Of a stretch of 64,000 nucleotides of DNA, positions 18,721-28,946 are shown one piece after another (positions within the stretch are counted from its first letter, which is position 1; every line of letters begins with the position of its first letter). The stretch is from Candidatus Iainarchaeum sp. GTDB lineage: Archaea > Iainarchaeota > Iainarchaeia > Iainarchaeales > UBA10191. The notes below the pieces were generated by a model. The model saw nothing but the letters and a program-made list of their open reading frames with translations, had not been told where the DNA came from and searched no databases. The stretch lies in contig JAUSFL010000035.1 of the NCBI GenBank assembly GCA_030649735.1, forward strand, positions 5,044 through 69,043, in the 5' to 3' direction. Made by a program: the position numbers and the translations under genes.

Positions 18721-18784
18721 TAATCATTTTTAAATTTAGGAAAGATTAAATACTGCTTCGGCTTTCTTTCTAACTGAAACAACC

Positions 18785-19738
18785 ATGCCGCAAAAGCCAA
18801 TTAGAATAAGATACTCTGAAGACTTGACCCGCAAGCGAAAGCTTGCAGTTGCAAAAAAGGTTGGAAATGCATTTGCCGTGGTTGGAGACCCTAAATTTGG
18901 ATTCAGCCCTAATGAGAAGCAGCAAATCAATGAGCGGCTTGGAAGATTTCAAAGAATAAGCCTTGATAGGATGAACAAAAGGCAATTAAGCGATCATTTA
19001 CGGCGTTTTGTCCAAAACCAGTCAAGGTTAACAAGCACTGCAATTCCGGAACGCGGACTGGCCAAATTAAGCAGGCATACTATCGCAGTTGATAAGACAT
19101 TGAACTTGAGAACTCTCGAAAATTTGGCAGAAAACATACTGAAAGAATCTAATTTTGGTTCTGAAATGCACAATTTTGGCGGCATTGACCCTTACGCCAA
19201 GCTTTCTGCATTGATTTGCTCAGCCGATGTAATGTACGGCCAGAAAGCCGGAGACAGAATTTTGGAAAGAATGATTTCTTCAAAAAAATTTTCCGAATTT
19301 GGCGACCTTCACTCTTATTTAGAGGCAACAACCAATGCTTTCAGGGGAAGATTGAATGAAGGAAAAATTAAGGAATTGCTTAACAAGAGAGATGGGGGAC
19401 CGCTTGAGGAAAATACCAAGGCAATTGCAATCAATGCCGCAATAATTGGGGGCTTTGATGTTCACAAATTGTATTCTGGCAGAATACAGCCTTACCAGGA
19501 ATTCTTGAACAGCATAATGCAGGGCAGGATTAGAGAAGCCTCAAAAAACCCGATTTTGGAAGCCAATAGCCCGGAAGCCCACGCCAGTTCTGTATTATTG
19601 AAGCAATCAATTCTGATGGAAGAACAGCTAAAAGGAATGGGCCTTGAAGGAGTTTCAATGATGCAGCGTTCTATTAGGGGCCTGATGGTAATGTCTATTT
19701 TGGAAGGCGGCAGCGAAAGCAAGCGCAAAATAATTTGA
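18785..19738 (+). CDS. Hypothetical basic protein
   Basis: 317-aa ORF; no recognisable motif. Confidence 0.65.
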   Translation: MPQKPIRIRYSEDLTRKRKLAVAKKVGNAFAVVGDPKFGFSPNEKQQINERLGRFQRISLDRMNKRQLSDHLRRFVQNQSRLTSTAIPERGLAKLSRHTIAVDKTLNLRTLENLAENILKESNFGSEMHNFGGIDPYAKLSALICSADVMYGQKAGDRILERMISSKKFSEFGDLHSYLEATTNAFRGRLNEGKIKELLNKRDGGPLEENTKAIAINAAIIGGFDVHKLYSGRIQPYQEFLNSIMQGRIREASKNPILEANSPEAHASSVLLKQSILMEEQLKGMGLEGVSMMQRSIRGLMVMSILEGGSESKRKII

Positions 19739-19804
19739 ATATTCTATTTCTCGCAAACCAATTTCTTCATCACTTTAATATACCTTTTACTGCTTCAATA
19801 ATTC

Positions 19805-20386
19805 ATGTTCGGCCTTGAATTGACAATTCCACTCCTTGGATTGATTGTTTTCTTAGTGAATGTAATTCCTGCATTCATGCCCCCAACCTGGATTGTGCTT
19901 GCTTATTTTTACATCACTAAAGGCGGTGATCCGTTAATGCTTGCCGTTTTTGGCGCTTTGTTCTCCACATTAGGGCGTTTGGTGCTTGCAAAATGGTCTG
20001 GGCCATTAGTTTCAAGGCTTTTGACAAAGCCGATGAAAAAGAACGCGGAGTTCGCGCATGAAAAGTTTTCAAAGAATCCTTTCGCGAGCTTTTTTTTCAC
20101 TTTCCTTTATGCCTTGAGCCCTTTCCCAAGCAATGCAATTTTCATGATTGCGGGAACAGCAAAAATCCGCCTTGTTCCAATAGTTTTCGGATTTTTCATT
20201 GGCAGAATAATCTCTTATTTTGCGCTATTGCACCTTTCATTGTTTGCTGTCGGCTTTGTAAATTCCGGCCTTTCTTTTGAGGATCCCTTGGTTTGGGCAA
20301 TTGACATTCTTGGAATTATCCTTACAATCGCGTTTTTCATGATTGACTGGACAAAGTTTCTGGGGAAAGAGGACAGCAAGAAATGA
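19805..20386 (+). CDS. DedA/VTT-like membrane protein
   Basis: NVIPAFMPPTW, ALSPFPSN, FFIGRIISY. Confidence 0.7.
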   Translation: MFGLELTIPLLGLIVFLVNVIPAFMPPTWIVLAYFYITKGGDPLMLAVFGALFSTLGRLVLAKWSGPLVSRLLTKPMKKNAEFAHEKFSKNPFASFFFTFLYALSPFPSNAIFMIAGTAKIRLVPIVFGFFIGRIISYFALLHLSLFAVGFVNSGLSFEDPLVWAIDILGIILTIAFFMIDWTKFLGKEDSKK

Positions 20387-20419
20387 AAAGCAATATTAAT
20401 CCTAAATTGCATTAATTCT

Positions 20420-21133
20420 TTGATGAGCAATTTTGGAAAGCCAGTAATCATAATTCCCGCATTTGACGAGGCAGAATTCATTGGCAGGACTTTAGGCTTG
20501 GTTCATGGTTCTGGCGTTGACGCCAATGTTTTGGTAGTTGATGACGGCTCCAAAGACAAAACTGCAGAAATTGCGGCAGCCAAGGGCGTTAAAGTTTTGA
20601 GAATTCCTGAAAACTTCGGAAAGGCTTTCGCTTTTATTTCTGGCGTGAAAAAGGCAGTTCAGTCAAGGCCGATTGCAATAGTCTCGCTTGACGCAGACAT
20701 GCTTAAGGCCACTGCGGCAGGCCTTAATGAATTAATCCAGCACGCGTCCAATGCAACTTTGAAGAAAACCAGCGCAATGTTTGTGACTAGCGTGCGTGAA
20801 GGAGGCCCTGACGGCTATTGCTTTAGCCAGTCTTCTGGAATGCGAAGCTTTTCCCTGCCAGCGGTTGAAAAGCTTTCAAAATTAAGAATTGGCAGGTTTA
20901 AGACAAAATATGTTGGTTATGGCCTGGAAAAATTCTTGAACTTCTATTTTGGCAATGAATCCAAAGAGCTTTTCCTGTCTCGCGAGTTTCACGCGGCTGG
21001 CGCGCACAGAAAAGGCGCTTTAAGGCAGGATGTCGAAAGAGGCAATACTTCAAGGAGAATTGAAAAGCTTTCAGCGTTTCTGAACTTGCGAGAGCGAAAG
21101 AAAATCATCCGCAGGCAAAACTTTCCAAAATAG
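20420..21133 (+). CDS. Glycosyltransferase family 2 protein (divergent C-terminus)
   Basis: IIPAFDE, VVDDGSKD.T, N.GK, LDAD. Confidence 0.8.
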   Translation: MMSNFGKPVIIIPAFDEAEFIGRTLGLVHGSGVDANVLVVDDGSKDKTAEIAAAKGVKVLRIPENFGKAFAFISGVKKAVQSRPIAIVSLDADMLKATAAGLNELIQHASNATLKKTSAMFVTSVREGGPDGYCFSQSSGMRSFSLPAVEKLSKLRIGRFKTKYVGYGLEKFLNFYFGNESKELFLSREFHAAGAHRKGALRQDVERGNTSRRIEKLSAFLNLRERKKIIRRQNFPK

Positions 21134-21150
21134 CTGCCGGGTGTTTTGTA

Positions 21151-22131
21151 ATGAAAACCAAAATTCTGAAGCCTTCAGCAAAAAGCATTTCTCAAGCCGC
21201 AAAAATCCTTTGCGCTGGGGGATTGGTTGCTTTTCCTACTGAAACAGTTTATGGCCTTGGCGCCAATGCCTTGAATGCAAAAGCAGTCAGCAAAATTTTC
21301 AAGGCAAAAGGCCGCCCTTCAGACAACCCGCTAATAGTCCATGTTTCTTCAATCGAGCAAGTGCCTTCGTTAGTCAAGAAAATTCCAAACAACGCGAAAG
21401 TTTTAATGAACAAGTTTTGGCCGGGGCCTTTGACTTTAGTGCTTTCAAAGTCTCCCGAAATTCCAAAAATAGTTACTGCTGGCCTTGACAGCGTTGCAAT
21501 TCGAATGCCAGCCCATAAAGTGGCTCTTGAATTAATTCGCGCGGTTGGATTTCCATTGGCTGCGCCAAGCGCCAATCTTTCCACCACTCCGTCGCCAACA
21601 AATGCCTTGCATGTTTTTGAAGACTTGCACGATAGAATTTCATTAATCCTTGATGGTGGTAGCGTTAGAATTGGCGTTGAATCAACTGTTTTAGACCTTA
21701 CTGGAAGAACTCCGACAATTTTAAGGCCTGGAGCAGTTACTTTAGAGCAATTGCGCAAAGTTTTAGGAAAAGTCAAAGTTCACAAGGCGGTTCACGGCGT
21801 GAAAAGCAAAGTCGCAAAAGTAAAATCTCCAGGCTTGAAGCACAAGCACTATTCTCCAAAAGCAAAAGTCTTGCTTTTCACTGGCGCGCGCGCAAAAGCC
21901 TTGGCAAAAATACGTAAGGAAAAATCAGCTTTGGAAAAGCAAGGCTTTAAGGCTGGAATTATTTCAATTTCAAGCCCAAAGGCTTTGGCAAAGAGCGTTT
22001 TCAAAAAATTCCGCGAGTTTGATACTCAAGGCGTCCACTTCATTCTTGTTGCCGGGGTTGAAGAAAAAGGAATTGGCTTTGCTGTAATGAATAGGCTGAA
22101 AAGGGCTGCATCTAAAGAAATCAAGGCTTAA
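21151..22131 (+). CDS. sua5: Threonylcarbamoyl-AMP synthase Sua5
   Basis: AFPTETVYGLGA, KGRPSDNPLIVH, FWPGPLT, APSAN, SPG.KHKHYSP. Confidence 0.96.
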   Translation: MKTKILKPSAKSISQAAKILCAGGLVAFPTETVYGLGANALNAKAVSKIFKAKGRPSDNPLIVHVSSIEQVPSLVKKIPNNAKVLMNKFWPGPLTLVLSKSPEIPKIVTAGLDSVAIRMPAHKVALELIRAVGFPLAAPSANLSTTPSPTNALHVFEDLHDRISLILDGGSVRIGVESTVLDLTGRTPTILRPGAVTLEQLRKVLGKVKVHKAVHGVKSKVAKVKSPGLKHKHYSPKAKVLLFTGARAKALAKIRKEKSALEKQGFKAGIISISSPKALAKSVFKKFREFDTQGVHFILVAGVEEKGIGFAVMNRLKRAASKEIKA

Positions 22132-22132
22132 T

Positions 22133-22540
22133 TTAATGGAATCTTTTGTCTTTAATTGCTTTGGCATTGATTAGTTTTTGCAATAATATTTCCACTGACT
22201 GGTCAATGACTGCCTTTTGGTTCACGTCAGTGAATTGCTCGAATTCTTCGTCTGAAGACTCGCCAAGCTCAGCGTACAATTGGCTTAATGATTTCTTGTA
22301 CTTTTTCGTGAAATCCTTCAGTTCTTTGAATTCCGGGACTTTTTTAATGTAAGTAAGCAGGTATTGCGTGATTTCTTCCTTGTCTCCAGGGTCTATTTTG
22401 CCGTCTGCAAGGCTTTTGAGCATTTTGTCCCATTCTTGAGGGTTTGACTGCAGTTCTGAAATTTTCATCCACAAATTGAATGAAATCCTTGCCTGCTCTT
22501 TCACTATTTTCCTGAAGGCTTCAAATTCCATGCTATCCAA
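22133..22540 (-). CDS. Hypothetical protein
   Basis: 135-aa helical ORF filling the gap between neighbours. Confidence 0.6.
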   Translation of the reverse strand: MDSMEFEAFRKIVKEQARISFNLWMKISELQSNPQEWDKMLKSLADGKIDPGDKEEITQYLLTYIKKVPEFKELKDFTKKYKKSLSQLYAELGESSDEEFEQFTDVNQKAVIDQSVEILLQKLINAKAIKDKRFH

Positions 22541-22560
22541 AGAATTAGAATTTACTGGTA

Positions 22561-23652
22561 TTAATACTTTTTCTTTCTGGCTGCGGCATATTTTCTTTCA
22601 AGGATTTCCAGCACGTTTTGCCTGAATTTTTGCAAGTCTTGCGCGCGGATTTTCCCGCCAGCTGCAGGAGCATGGCCCCCGGCTGTTCCGCCATTCAAGT
22701 TTTTCACTGCTTCTTCCAAAAGGTCATTGACTGCGACTTTCCTGTCCTGCCTTCTTGAAGAAAAGCTTATTCCATTGTCTGCGTTTTGAGCAATTATCAA
22801 AGTCGTGTTTTTTGCCTTGTCCGAAATCCGGTTTATCAAGGCAGAGGCTGAAGTGTGGTTTTCTTCCGAAAAGTAAAAGCAGTACTCTAGCCCTGGAAAG
22901 CATTCGGCGTTTTTCCAGAACGCCTTTTCGCCCTTGTCCAGTATTTTCTCATACTTTTTGTTGTACTTAAAAAACGCGTTCAAGGCTGTTTTTGGCTCTG
23001 TTGAAAGCAGGTTGTTGAAGCAGTCAGGAATTCTTGGAAAATCCAGTATTCTAACAGCAGTCAGTGTCTCGTTCAATTGCTCAAGTTTTGCCTTTGAAGG
23101 ATTATGATTCAAGTGCGCTTCCAGAAAGTCAGGCCAATCTTTCTCTGCCTTGTCTCCAAACAAGCCCACGATTGCAATCCATTCGCTTCCTTTCAAACTC
23201 GCATGCCTTGAAAACAAGTCAAAGCACAATTTTGCAGAACAGTAAGAGCTTGATTCTTTTTTTGAAAAAAACTGCGGCTTTACCAAAACACTGCCTTTTG
23301 GAAGCTTTCCGTAAACCTTGTGGTGGTCAATGTTCAGTATTTTCGCGAATTTTGCAATCTTTTTCGCAAAAAGCAGGCGGCTTTCCTGGTCTAAAGAAAT
23401 GTCAGTGCAAATGAACTTGTTGATTTTCTTTTTCTTTAATTCTTTTACTGTCTCTTCGCTTATTGGAGCGCTTCTTTTCGGGGCAAAAAGCACTAGTTCG
23501 GGAAATTTTCCAGTAATTTGGTACAATGCCTTGAAGACAAGCACGCCGGCAGTAATTCCGTCAGTGTCATTGTCTGTCAAAATTCCCACGCGGTCTTTTG
23601 ATGAAAGGCTTTTTACGTAATTGTCGAATTCTTGAAGAATTTTTGCGGGCAT
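22561..23652 (-). CDS. DHH/DHHA1 family phosphoesterase (RecJ-like)
   Basis: DNDTDG, TD, IDHH, S.RR, GGHAPAAG. Confidence 0.88.
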   Translation of the reverse strand: MPAKILQEFDNYVKSLSSKDRVGILTDNDTDGITAGVLVFKALYQITGKFPELVLFAPKRSAPISEETVKELKKKKINKFICTDISLDQESRLLFAKKIAKFAKILNIDHHKVYGKLPKGSVLVKPQFFSKKESSSYCSAKLCFDLFSRHASLKGSEWIAIVGLFGDKAEKDWPDFLEAHLNHNPSKAKLEQLNETLTAVRILDFPRIPDCFNNLLSTEPKTALNAFFKYNKKYEKILDKGEKAFWKNAECFPGLEYCFYFSEENHTSASALINRISDKAKNTTLIIAQNADNGISFSSRRQDRKVAVNDLLEEAVKNLNGGTAGGHAPAAGGKIRAQDLQKFRQNVLEILERKYAAARKKKY

Positions 23653-23716
23653 TGCTTGTTTGAAAGACCAAAAAGATTAAAATAACAAAACACTTAATCT
23701 TAGAAGGTGTTTTGGA

Positions 23717-24676
23717 ATGAAGTTGAAGGAAATCCATGAATTCTTTGTCAGTGAAGGAAAAAAGGCAGACCCGCGCGGCCTTGAAGCCATTGAAAAGCTT
23801 TTGAAAAAGCGCGCTGACGCTTTCAAGGAATTAAAGGAAGACGAGAAGGAAGAATTTGACAAAGAAGCATTGTGGAATCCTTACGCCGACTGCCGCATTT
23901 ACCACGGGGCTGGAACTGAAGAAATCTCTTCAATAATGGTCGGCATTGACATGGAAGGCCAGGAACTCTTGCTTGCAAACGAGCTCAAAAAAAACGGCAA
24001 AAAAATAGACCTTGTCTTGGCGCATCATCCTGAAGGAAAAGCCCTTGCAGGATTGTATGCAGTAATGGACTTGCAGGAAGACATTTTGCACAATTATGGA
24101 GTTCCAATAAACGTTGCCGAAGGCCTAATGGGTGAAAGAATCCGTGAAGTGGAAAGAGGCCTTTCGCCAATAAACCACAATCGTTCTGTGGATTTTGCGC
24201 GCTTGCTTAACATTCCATTCATGAACACTCACACGACTGCCGACAATCATGTTCAAAAATTCCTTTTGGAACTGGTTGAGGAAAAAAAGCCGGAAACCTT
24301 GCGCGACTTGCTGAAGCTTTTGAAAACGCTTCCAGAATACAAGAGCGCGATAAAAATTGACGCCGGCCCAAAGATTTTTGCTGGCACTCCTGACAACCGC
24401 TGCGGAAAAATAGTCGTTGACATGACTGGCGGAACAGAAGGCCATGAAAAAAACTATGAGGCCTTGGGAAAAGCCGGCGTTGGCACAATTCTTGCAATGC
24501 ATGTCGGAAAGGAAATGCGCAAAAGCGCCGAGGAAAACAAGGTAAACCTTGTTGTTGCAGGCCACATTGCCTCTGACAATTTGGGAGTGAACTTGCTTTT
24601 GGACAAGCTTGAAAAAAAGCAAAAGCTAGATGTCACTGAATGCTCCGGATTTTTGAGAGTGAAAAGGAACAAATGA
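23717..24676 (+). CDS. NIF3-like (NGG1-interacting factor) protein
   Basis: NPYAD, GIDM, AHHPEG, HTTADN, DMTGGTEG, AGHIASD. Confidence 0.85.
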   Translation: MKLKEIHEFFVSEGKKADPRGLEAIEKLLKKRADAFKELKEDEKEEFDKEALWNPYADCRIYHGAGTEEISSIMVGIDMEGQELLLANELKKNGKKIDLVLAHHPEGKALAGLYAVMDLQEDILHNYGVPINVAEGLMGERIREVERGLSPINHNRSVDFARLLNIPFMNTHTTADNHVQKFLLELVEEKKPETLRDLLKLLKTLPEYKSAIKIDAGPKIFAGTPDNRCGKIVVDMTGGTEGHEKNYEALGKAGVGTILAMHVGKEMRKSAEENKVNLVVAGHIASDNLGVNLLLDKLEKKQKLDVTECSGFLRVKRNK

Positions 24677-25749
24677 CTTCTTTAGAGTTTAAAGCGCGCA
24701 TTGACAGTTTTTTCAAGGAATCCAAGGCCGACAGCCTATTGCTTAGGAGCTTTCCCCGCTTTAGCGACCCAAACTTTCAATATTTTGCGGGAATGCAAAA
24801 AAGCGATTGCTTCTTTTGCGCTAAGAAAGGCAAAAAGCCTGTTTTGCTTGCAAACAATCTGGAGTTTGGAAACATTTCCCAGCTTGCCGAATTTGACGTG
24901 CGTTCTTTCAATTCAGAAAAAGAATTGGTTGCACAGCTCAAGAAAAGCCTTGGAAAGAAAATTGCGCTGAATTTTGCGAATTATCCAGTAAAAAACTACC
25001 AAAGCCTGCAAAAAATCCTTAAGGGAAGAAAGTTTTCTGACGCTTTCGAAAGCCTTGCAAGAATCCGCTCTAAAAAATCTTCGCTTGAACTTTCAAAAAT
25101 AAGGGAAGCATGCAAGGTTTCTGAAATGGCCGCTGATTATTTGGAAAACTTTTTCAGGCAAGGCATGACTGAATTGGAAGTTTCTGAAAAGCTCAAGGAA
25201 TTCTTTAAAAGAATGAGCTGCCAAAGCGCTTTTGAGCCAATTGTAGCATTTGGGGAAAACTCGCGCGTTCCGCACCACGAGTGCTCGCGCAAGAGAATTG
25301 AAGGAAACAGTTTTTTGCTTTTGGATTTTGGGGCAAAATTTGAAGGTTATTGCTCTGACATTTCAAGGACTTTTTTTGTAGGCAAGCCATCGCTTGACCA
25401 GCGCGACAAATACTACAGTGTTTTTGAAGCCAAAAAAATTGCTGAAAAGCACTTGATTGTCGGAGAAAGCGCCGCAAAAATTGCAGTCGAAGTCGACGGT
25501 TTTTTGAAAAAGCGCTTGGGGCAGGAATTGCCGCACGCTTTAGGCCATGGAATTGGGCTTGAAGAGCATGATTCTCCTTCAGGATTCTCAAAATTCGCGA
25601 AATGGAAGATTGAGGAAGGCCAATGCTTGGCAATCGAGCCTGCGTTTTACGGCAAAGAATTCGGAATCCGCATAGAAGACAATTGCTACATTGGAGCGCA
25701 AGGCGCAAAAATGCTTACCGCAGCCCCAAAAGAGCTTTTAATTCTTTGA
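24673..25749 (+). CDS. Xaa-Pro peptidase / aminopeptidase P (M24)
   Basis: PHH, DFGA...Y.SDISRT, HALGHGIG, EP, RIED; ATGA overlap with the upstream gene. Confidence 0.92.
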   Translation: MTSLEFKARIDSFFKESKADSLLLRSFPRFSDPNFQYFAGMQKSDCFFCAKKGKKPVLLANNLEFGNISQLAEFDVRSFNSEKELVAQLKKSLGKKIALNFANYPVKNYQSLQKILKGRKFSDAFESLARIRSKKSSLELSKIREACKVSEMAADYLENFFRQGMTELEVSEKLKEFFKRMSCQSAFEPIVAFGENSRVPHHECSRKRIEGNSFLLLDFGAKFEGYCSDISRTFFVGKPSLDQRDKYYSVFEAKKIAEKHLIVGESAAKIAVEVDGFLKKRLGQELPHALGHGIGLEEHDSPSGFSKFAKWKIEEGQCLAIEPAFYGKEFGIRIEDNCYIGAQGAKMLTAAPKELLIL

Positions 25750-25989
25750 AGATTTCTTCTTTTCAGCCAGGCTCCAGACCAGGTAAACAATTATTGCGCC
25801 AGCAAGCCCCGCAGCCAATGGCACTGGGTCAGCCATGTGTGCATAGAATACTGGGTAATATCCGCAAATGGAGTCAGTGTTTGGACTACAATTTAGTTTG
25901 GTGATAACTCTTGATGAAAGAAAAGTGTCTACTATAAAGAAAGCAATTACTGAAAACAGCACTTTTAACTTTGAAGGTTTGAAATTCAC
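25738..25989 (-). CDS. Small two-TM membrane protein
   Basis: MNFKPSKLK, two hydrophobic segments flanking a Cys-paired loop. Confidence 0.55.
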   Translation of the reverse strand: MNFKPSKLKVLFSVIAFFIVDTFLSSRVITKLNCSPNTDSICGYYPVFYAHMADPVPLAAGLAGAIIVYLVWSLAEKKKSSKN

Positions 25990-26030
25990 AAAATAATCAA
26001 GAGTTTTTCATTAATAAAGATTTGCATCTG

Positions 26031-26855
26031 CTAAATGCTGGCCAGTTGCTGCCTTACTTTCTCCTCGTCTTCAGGATTCGTGATTCCAAACCATTGGTCT
26101 TCAGTGTTCAAAAGCTTTAATTCCAATTCTCCATTCTTGATTAAGTTTCCCAATTCCACTGGCAAAAGGCATTCAATCTTCCTGTCTCCGGCATTCTTTT
26201 GCCTGAATCCCAAAAGCCGTTTTTCCAAAAGCCCTAAAGTTTGCGGAGTCAAGCCAAACAAGTTCATGCTGCAAGGCGAATTCCCGTTCAAGCTTAGTTG
26301 ATGAATGTTTTCTTTTCCAACCCCAATCATTTCTTGGATTTCAGTGATTTCGCTATTCTTTCCAAGCTTGAAAATTCCCCTATTGGCTAGGCCGGTTTCA
26401 GGCAGCACTTTTCCCAACTTGTAGCCTATTGCAATTCCTTCATTTGCCTTCAAATCCTGCAATGCCTTTGCTACTGTTTTGAAAGCATTTTTGCCGTAAA
26501 TGTCGTCTCCATTGCAGACCGCAAAATTCTCCTTCACAATTTCTTTAACGCTAACTAATGCATCAACAGTTCCCCAAGGCTTGTCTCTTTCTTCAGGATC
26601 AAAGCTTTGCAATGCATATTCTATTGGAATTCCCTTGAAAGAATTTCCGAACTTTTTCTTGAATGGCTGTTCTGTCATTCTTCCAACAATGAAAACAATT
26701 TTTCCAAAGCCGGCCTTTAACGCCTGATTTATTGAAAACTCAATTAGAGTTTCCCCTTCAGGGCCCACGCGCGCGAATTGCTTGATTTTTCCGCCAAAAC
26801 GGCTTGACAAGCCGGCAACCATGAAAACTACCGCGATTTCTTTCTTTTTTTGCAT
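26031..26855 (-). CDS. Sugar-phosphate nucleotidyltransferase family protein
   Basis: AGLSSRFGG.IKQ, KPWGT, NGDD.YG, RG, SMN, WFGIT. Confidence 0.88.
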   Translation of the reverse strand: MQKKKEIAVVFMVAGLSSRFGGKIKQFARVGPEGETLIEFSINQALKAGFGKIVFIVGRMTEQPFKKKFGNSFKGIPIEYALQSFDPEERDKPWGTVDALVSVKEIVKENFAVCNGDDIYGKNAFKTVAKALQDLKANEGIAIGYKLGKVLPETGLANRGIFKLGKNSEITEIQEMIGVGKENIHQLSLNGNSPCSMNLFGLTPQTLGLLEKRLLGFRQKNAGDRKIECLLPVELGNLIKNGELELKLLNTEDQWFGITNPEDEEKVRQQLASI

Positions 26856-26976
26856 CCTATATCCAATTTAGCGAGTTTTAAAAAGCGCTTTTTGATTCAA
26901 AATTGAGAATTTGAAAAGAATCCAGCGGAATAATGCCCTGGTTTGTGTTTTAATTCATTCTTTCAATAAAGCAATA

Positions 26977-28905
26977 ATGACCGTGGATTATTCTGGCTTT
27001 TTTCCTTATTCTGAATTCAAGCCTTACCAGCGCGAAGTCTTGGACTTTACTGGTCACGTGGTTTCAAACAGCCAGATTGGATTGATTGAAGCTTACTGCG
27101 GCTTTGGAAAGACAATTTCAACTTTTGCGCCAGCGCTCGCGCTTGGAAAAAAGATTTTGCTTTTGACTCCGACTTATTCTGCAAGGAATGCGGCAGTTGC
27201 TGAAGTATTGCGCATGAACAAGGTTAATGGAAAAGAATTGGTTGTTGCAGACTTGCGGGGCAAGGCAGTCATGTGCGCGCGCTTTCAAAAAGACTCTTTC
27301 TCCCACGAGGCCTGCGAACGTTCAAAAAACGACCAGACCTGCTCTTACTTCAGGAAAACTTTCTCAAAGCCTAAAGAGCTTTCAAAAAACGCGTTTTCCT
27401 TCAATCAAGAGCTTGTTGAAAGAATGCTTTCAAAGCCAGAGATTTTCTTTAATGGAAAATCAACTGATTCAGAGCCCTTGCTTTTTGAAAAAGTGCAAAA
27501 AGTCGCCGGCAAGAGAATGCTTTGCTCTTACGAGTTGGTGAAAAACCTTGTGAGCGAGGCAGACGTTGTGATTTTGGATTATTTTTGGGTTTTTACGGGA
27601 ATTTTTTCGATACTGGCAAAACTAATCGGAACTGAAGACTTTGTGCTTTTGATTGATGAGGCAGATTTGCTGGTTGACAGGATTTACAACAACTATCACA
27701 CGCAGTTAAGCCTTCAGGCATTGAAAATCCTTCACTCGCAGGCAAAGCACGGCTTGAAAGCCGGAATTCTGATGGAAACCGACATTTTGTTTTTGGAAGA
27801 ATTCATTCGCTATTCAGAACAGTACATTACAAACTCGCGAAGCGAGCTAGAGCTTTCACCCAATGAAATAATCTCTTTTTTTGAAACGCGCTTTAAGGAA
27901 ACCGCAAAAAGGCAGGGCTTGAAGGGAGAAATTTCCCTCGCGCAAATTACTAAAAACCTTGAAACAATAATTGAATCATTGAAGGGATTGGCAGAGTCTG
28001 AAAAAGCCACTGCCCGGCCTGATTTGTTCCTAAAACAGCTTGAAGCAATAAAGGATTCTGGCGAGTTTTTGGCTTTCATTCCTTCAGCAAAAGACAAGAT
28101 TGTGATAAAGCCTTTTGAAATCAACGCAATCACTTTAACGAATGGAAAAACATTGAAGGACACTTTGCTTGAATTCCAAAGCGTTATCTTGTTTTCTGCA
28201 ACAATTGGCGATCCAGACCTTTTCCTTAAAGAATTCGGCCTGAAAAGAACTGAAGTGAATATCTTACGCATTAAGGAAATGCCGCACAAAAAACTCTTGT
28301 TTGTAGTAGACACTGAATTGAACACTTTGTACACTTCACGCGAGCAAAGCTTTCCAGCATACTTGGAAAAAATCAGGATGCTGATGAAAATTGACAATTC
28401 ATTGCTTGTCAGCTTTTGCAACCAAACAGAGCTTGAAAAAGCCCTTGCTGAAATTCCAGAACTGCAGGACGCCTCAAAACTTTCAGTCCTCGATCCTGAA
28501 AAATCCTATGCATTGAACATTCGCACAAGAAGCGCCCGTTCCACAAACAAAGCCCGCCATTTGAGGAATTGCCTGATTGTTGGGCTTCCGCTTCCAGACT
28601 ATTCTGACTTTTACCTCCAAAAGCGCAAGGATTACCTTGAAAAAAAGTACAGTAAACTCGAGGCTGGAAAAATAATCAATGGAAAAGCAGTTGACAATGC
28701 AGTGCAATTCATTGGAAGAATCACAAGGGACTTGAAAAGCCCGCGGGCGATAATCCTTGCAGACTCGCGCTATTACTCAGACTATTTCCTAAAGCATTAT
28801 TACTTTCAGTCCTTGCCTGCGTACTTTAAGCCTTTCCTGCGAATTGCAGCATACAATTCAGACTTGAAGCAAATGCTTGAAGAATTCTGGGAAAAGCCTG
28901 CTTGA
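26977..28905 (+). CDS. XPD/Rad3/DinG-like Fe-S helicase, divergent
   Basis: Q motif PYQ, GFGKT, four Cys, IDEAD, SAT, GLP.P, QFIGRITR...LADSRY. Start set at ATG 26977. Confidence 0.8.
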   Translation: MTVDYSGFFPYSEFKPYQREVLDFTGHVVSNSQIGLIEAYCGFGKTISTFAPALALGKKILLLTPTYSARNAAVAEVLRMNKVNGKELVVADLRGKAVMCARFQKDSFSHEACERSKNDQTCSYFRKTFSKPKELSKNAFSFNQELVERMLSKPEIFFNGKSTDSEPLLFEKVQKVAGKRMLCSYELVKNLVSEADVVILDYFWVFTGIFSILAKLIGTEDFVLLIDEADLLVDRIYNNYHTQLSLQALKILHSQAKHGLKAGILMETDILFLEEFIRYSEQYITNSRSELELSPNEIISFFETRFKETAKRQGLKGEISLAQITKNLETIIESLKGLAESEKATARPDLFLKQLEAIKDSGEFLAFIPSAKDKIVIKPFEINAITLTNGKTLKDTLLEFQSVILFSATIGDPDLFLKEFGLKRTEVNILRIKEMPHKKLLFVVDTELNTLYTSREQSFPAYLEKIRMLMKIDNSLLVSFCNQTELEKALAEIPELQDASKLSVLDPEKSYALNIRTRSARSTNKARHLRNCLIVGLPLPDYSDFYLQKRKDYLEKKYSKLEAGKIINGKAVDNAVQFIGRITRDLKSPRAIILADSRYYSDYFLKHYYFQSLPAYFKPFLRIAAYNSDLKQMLEEFWEKPA

Positions 28906-28946
28906 AGGATTTTTATACTGTTTTTTTCCCAAACTCTAGGTTGGGT

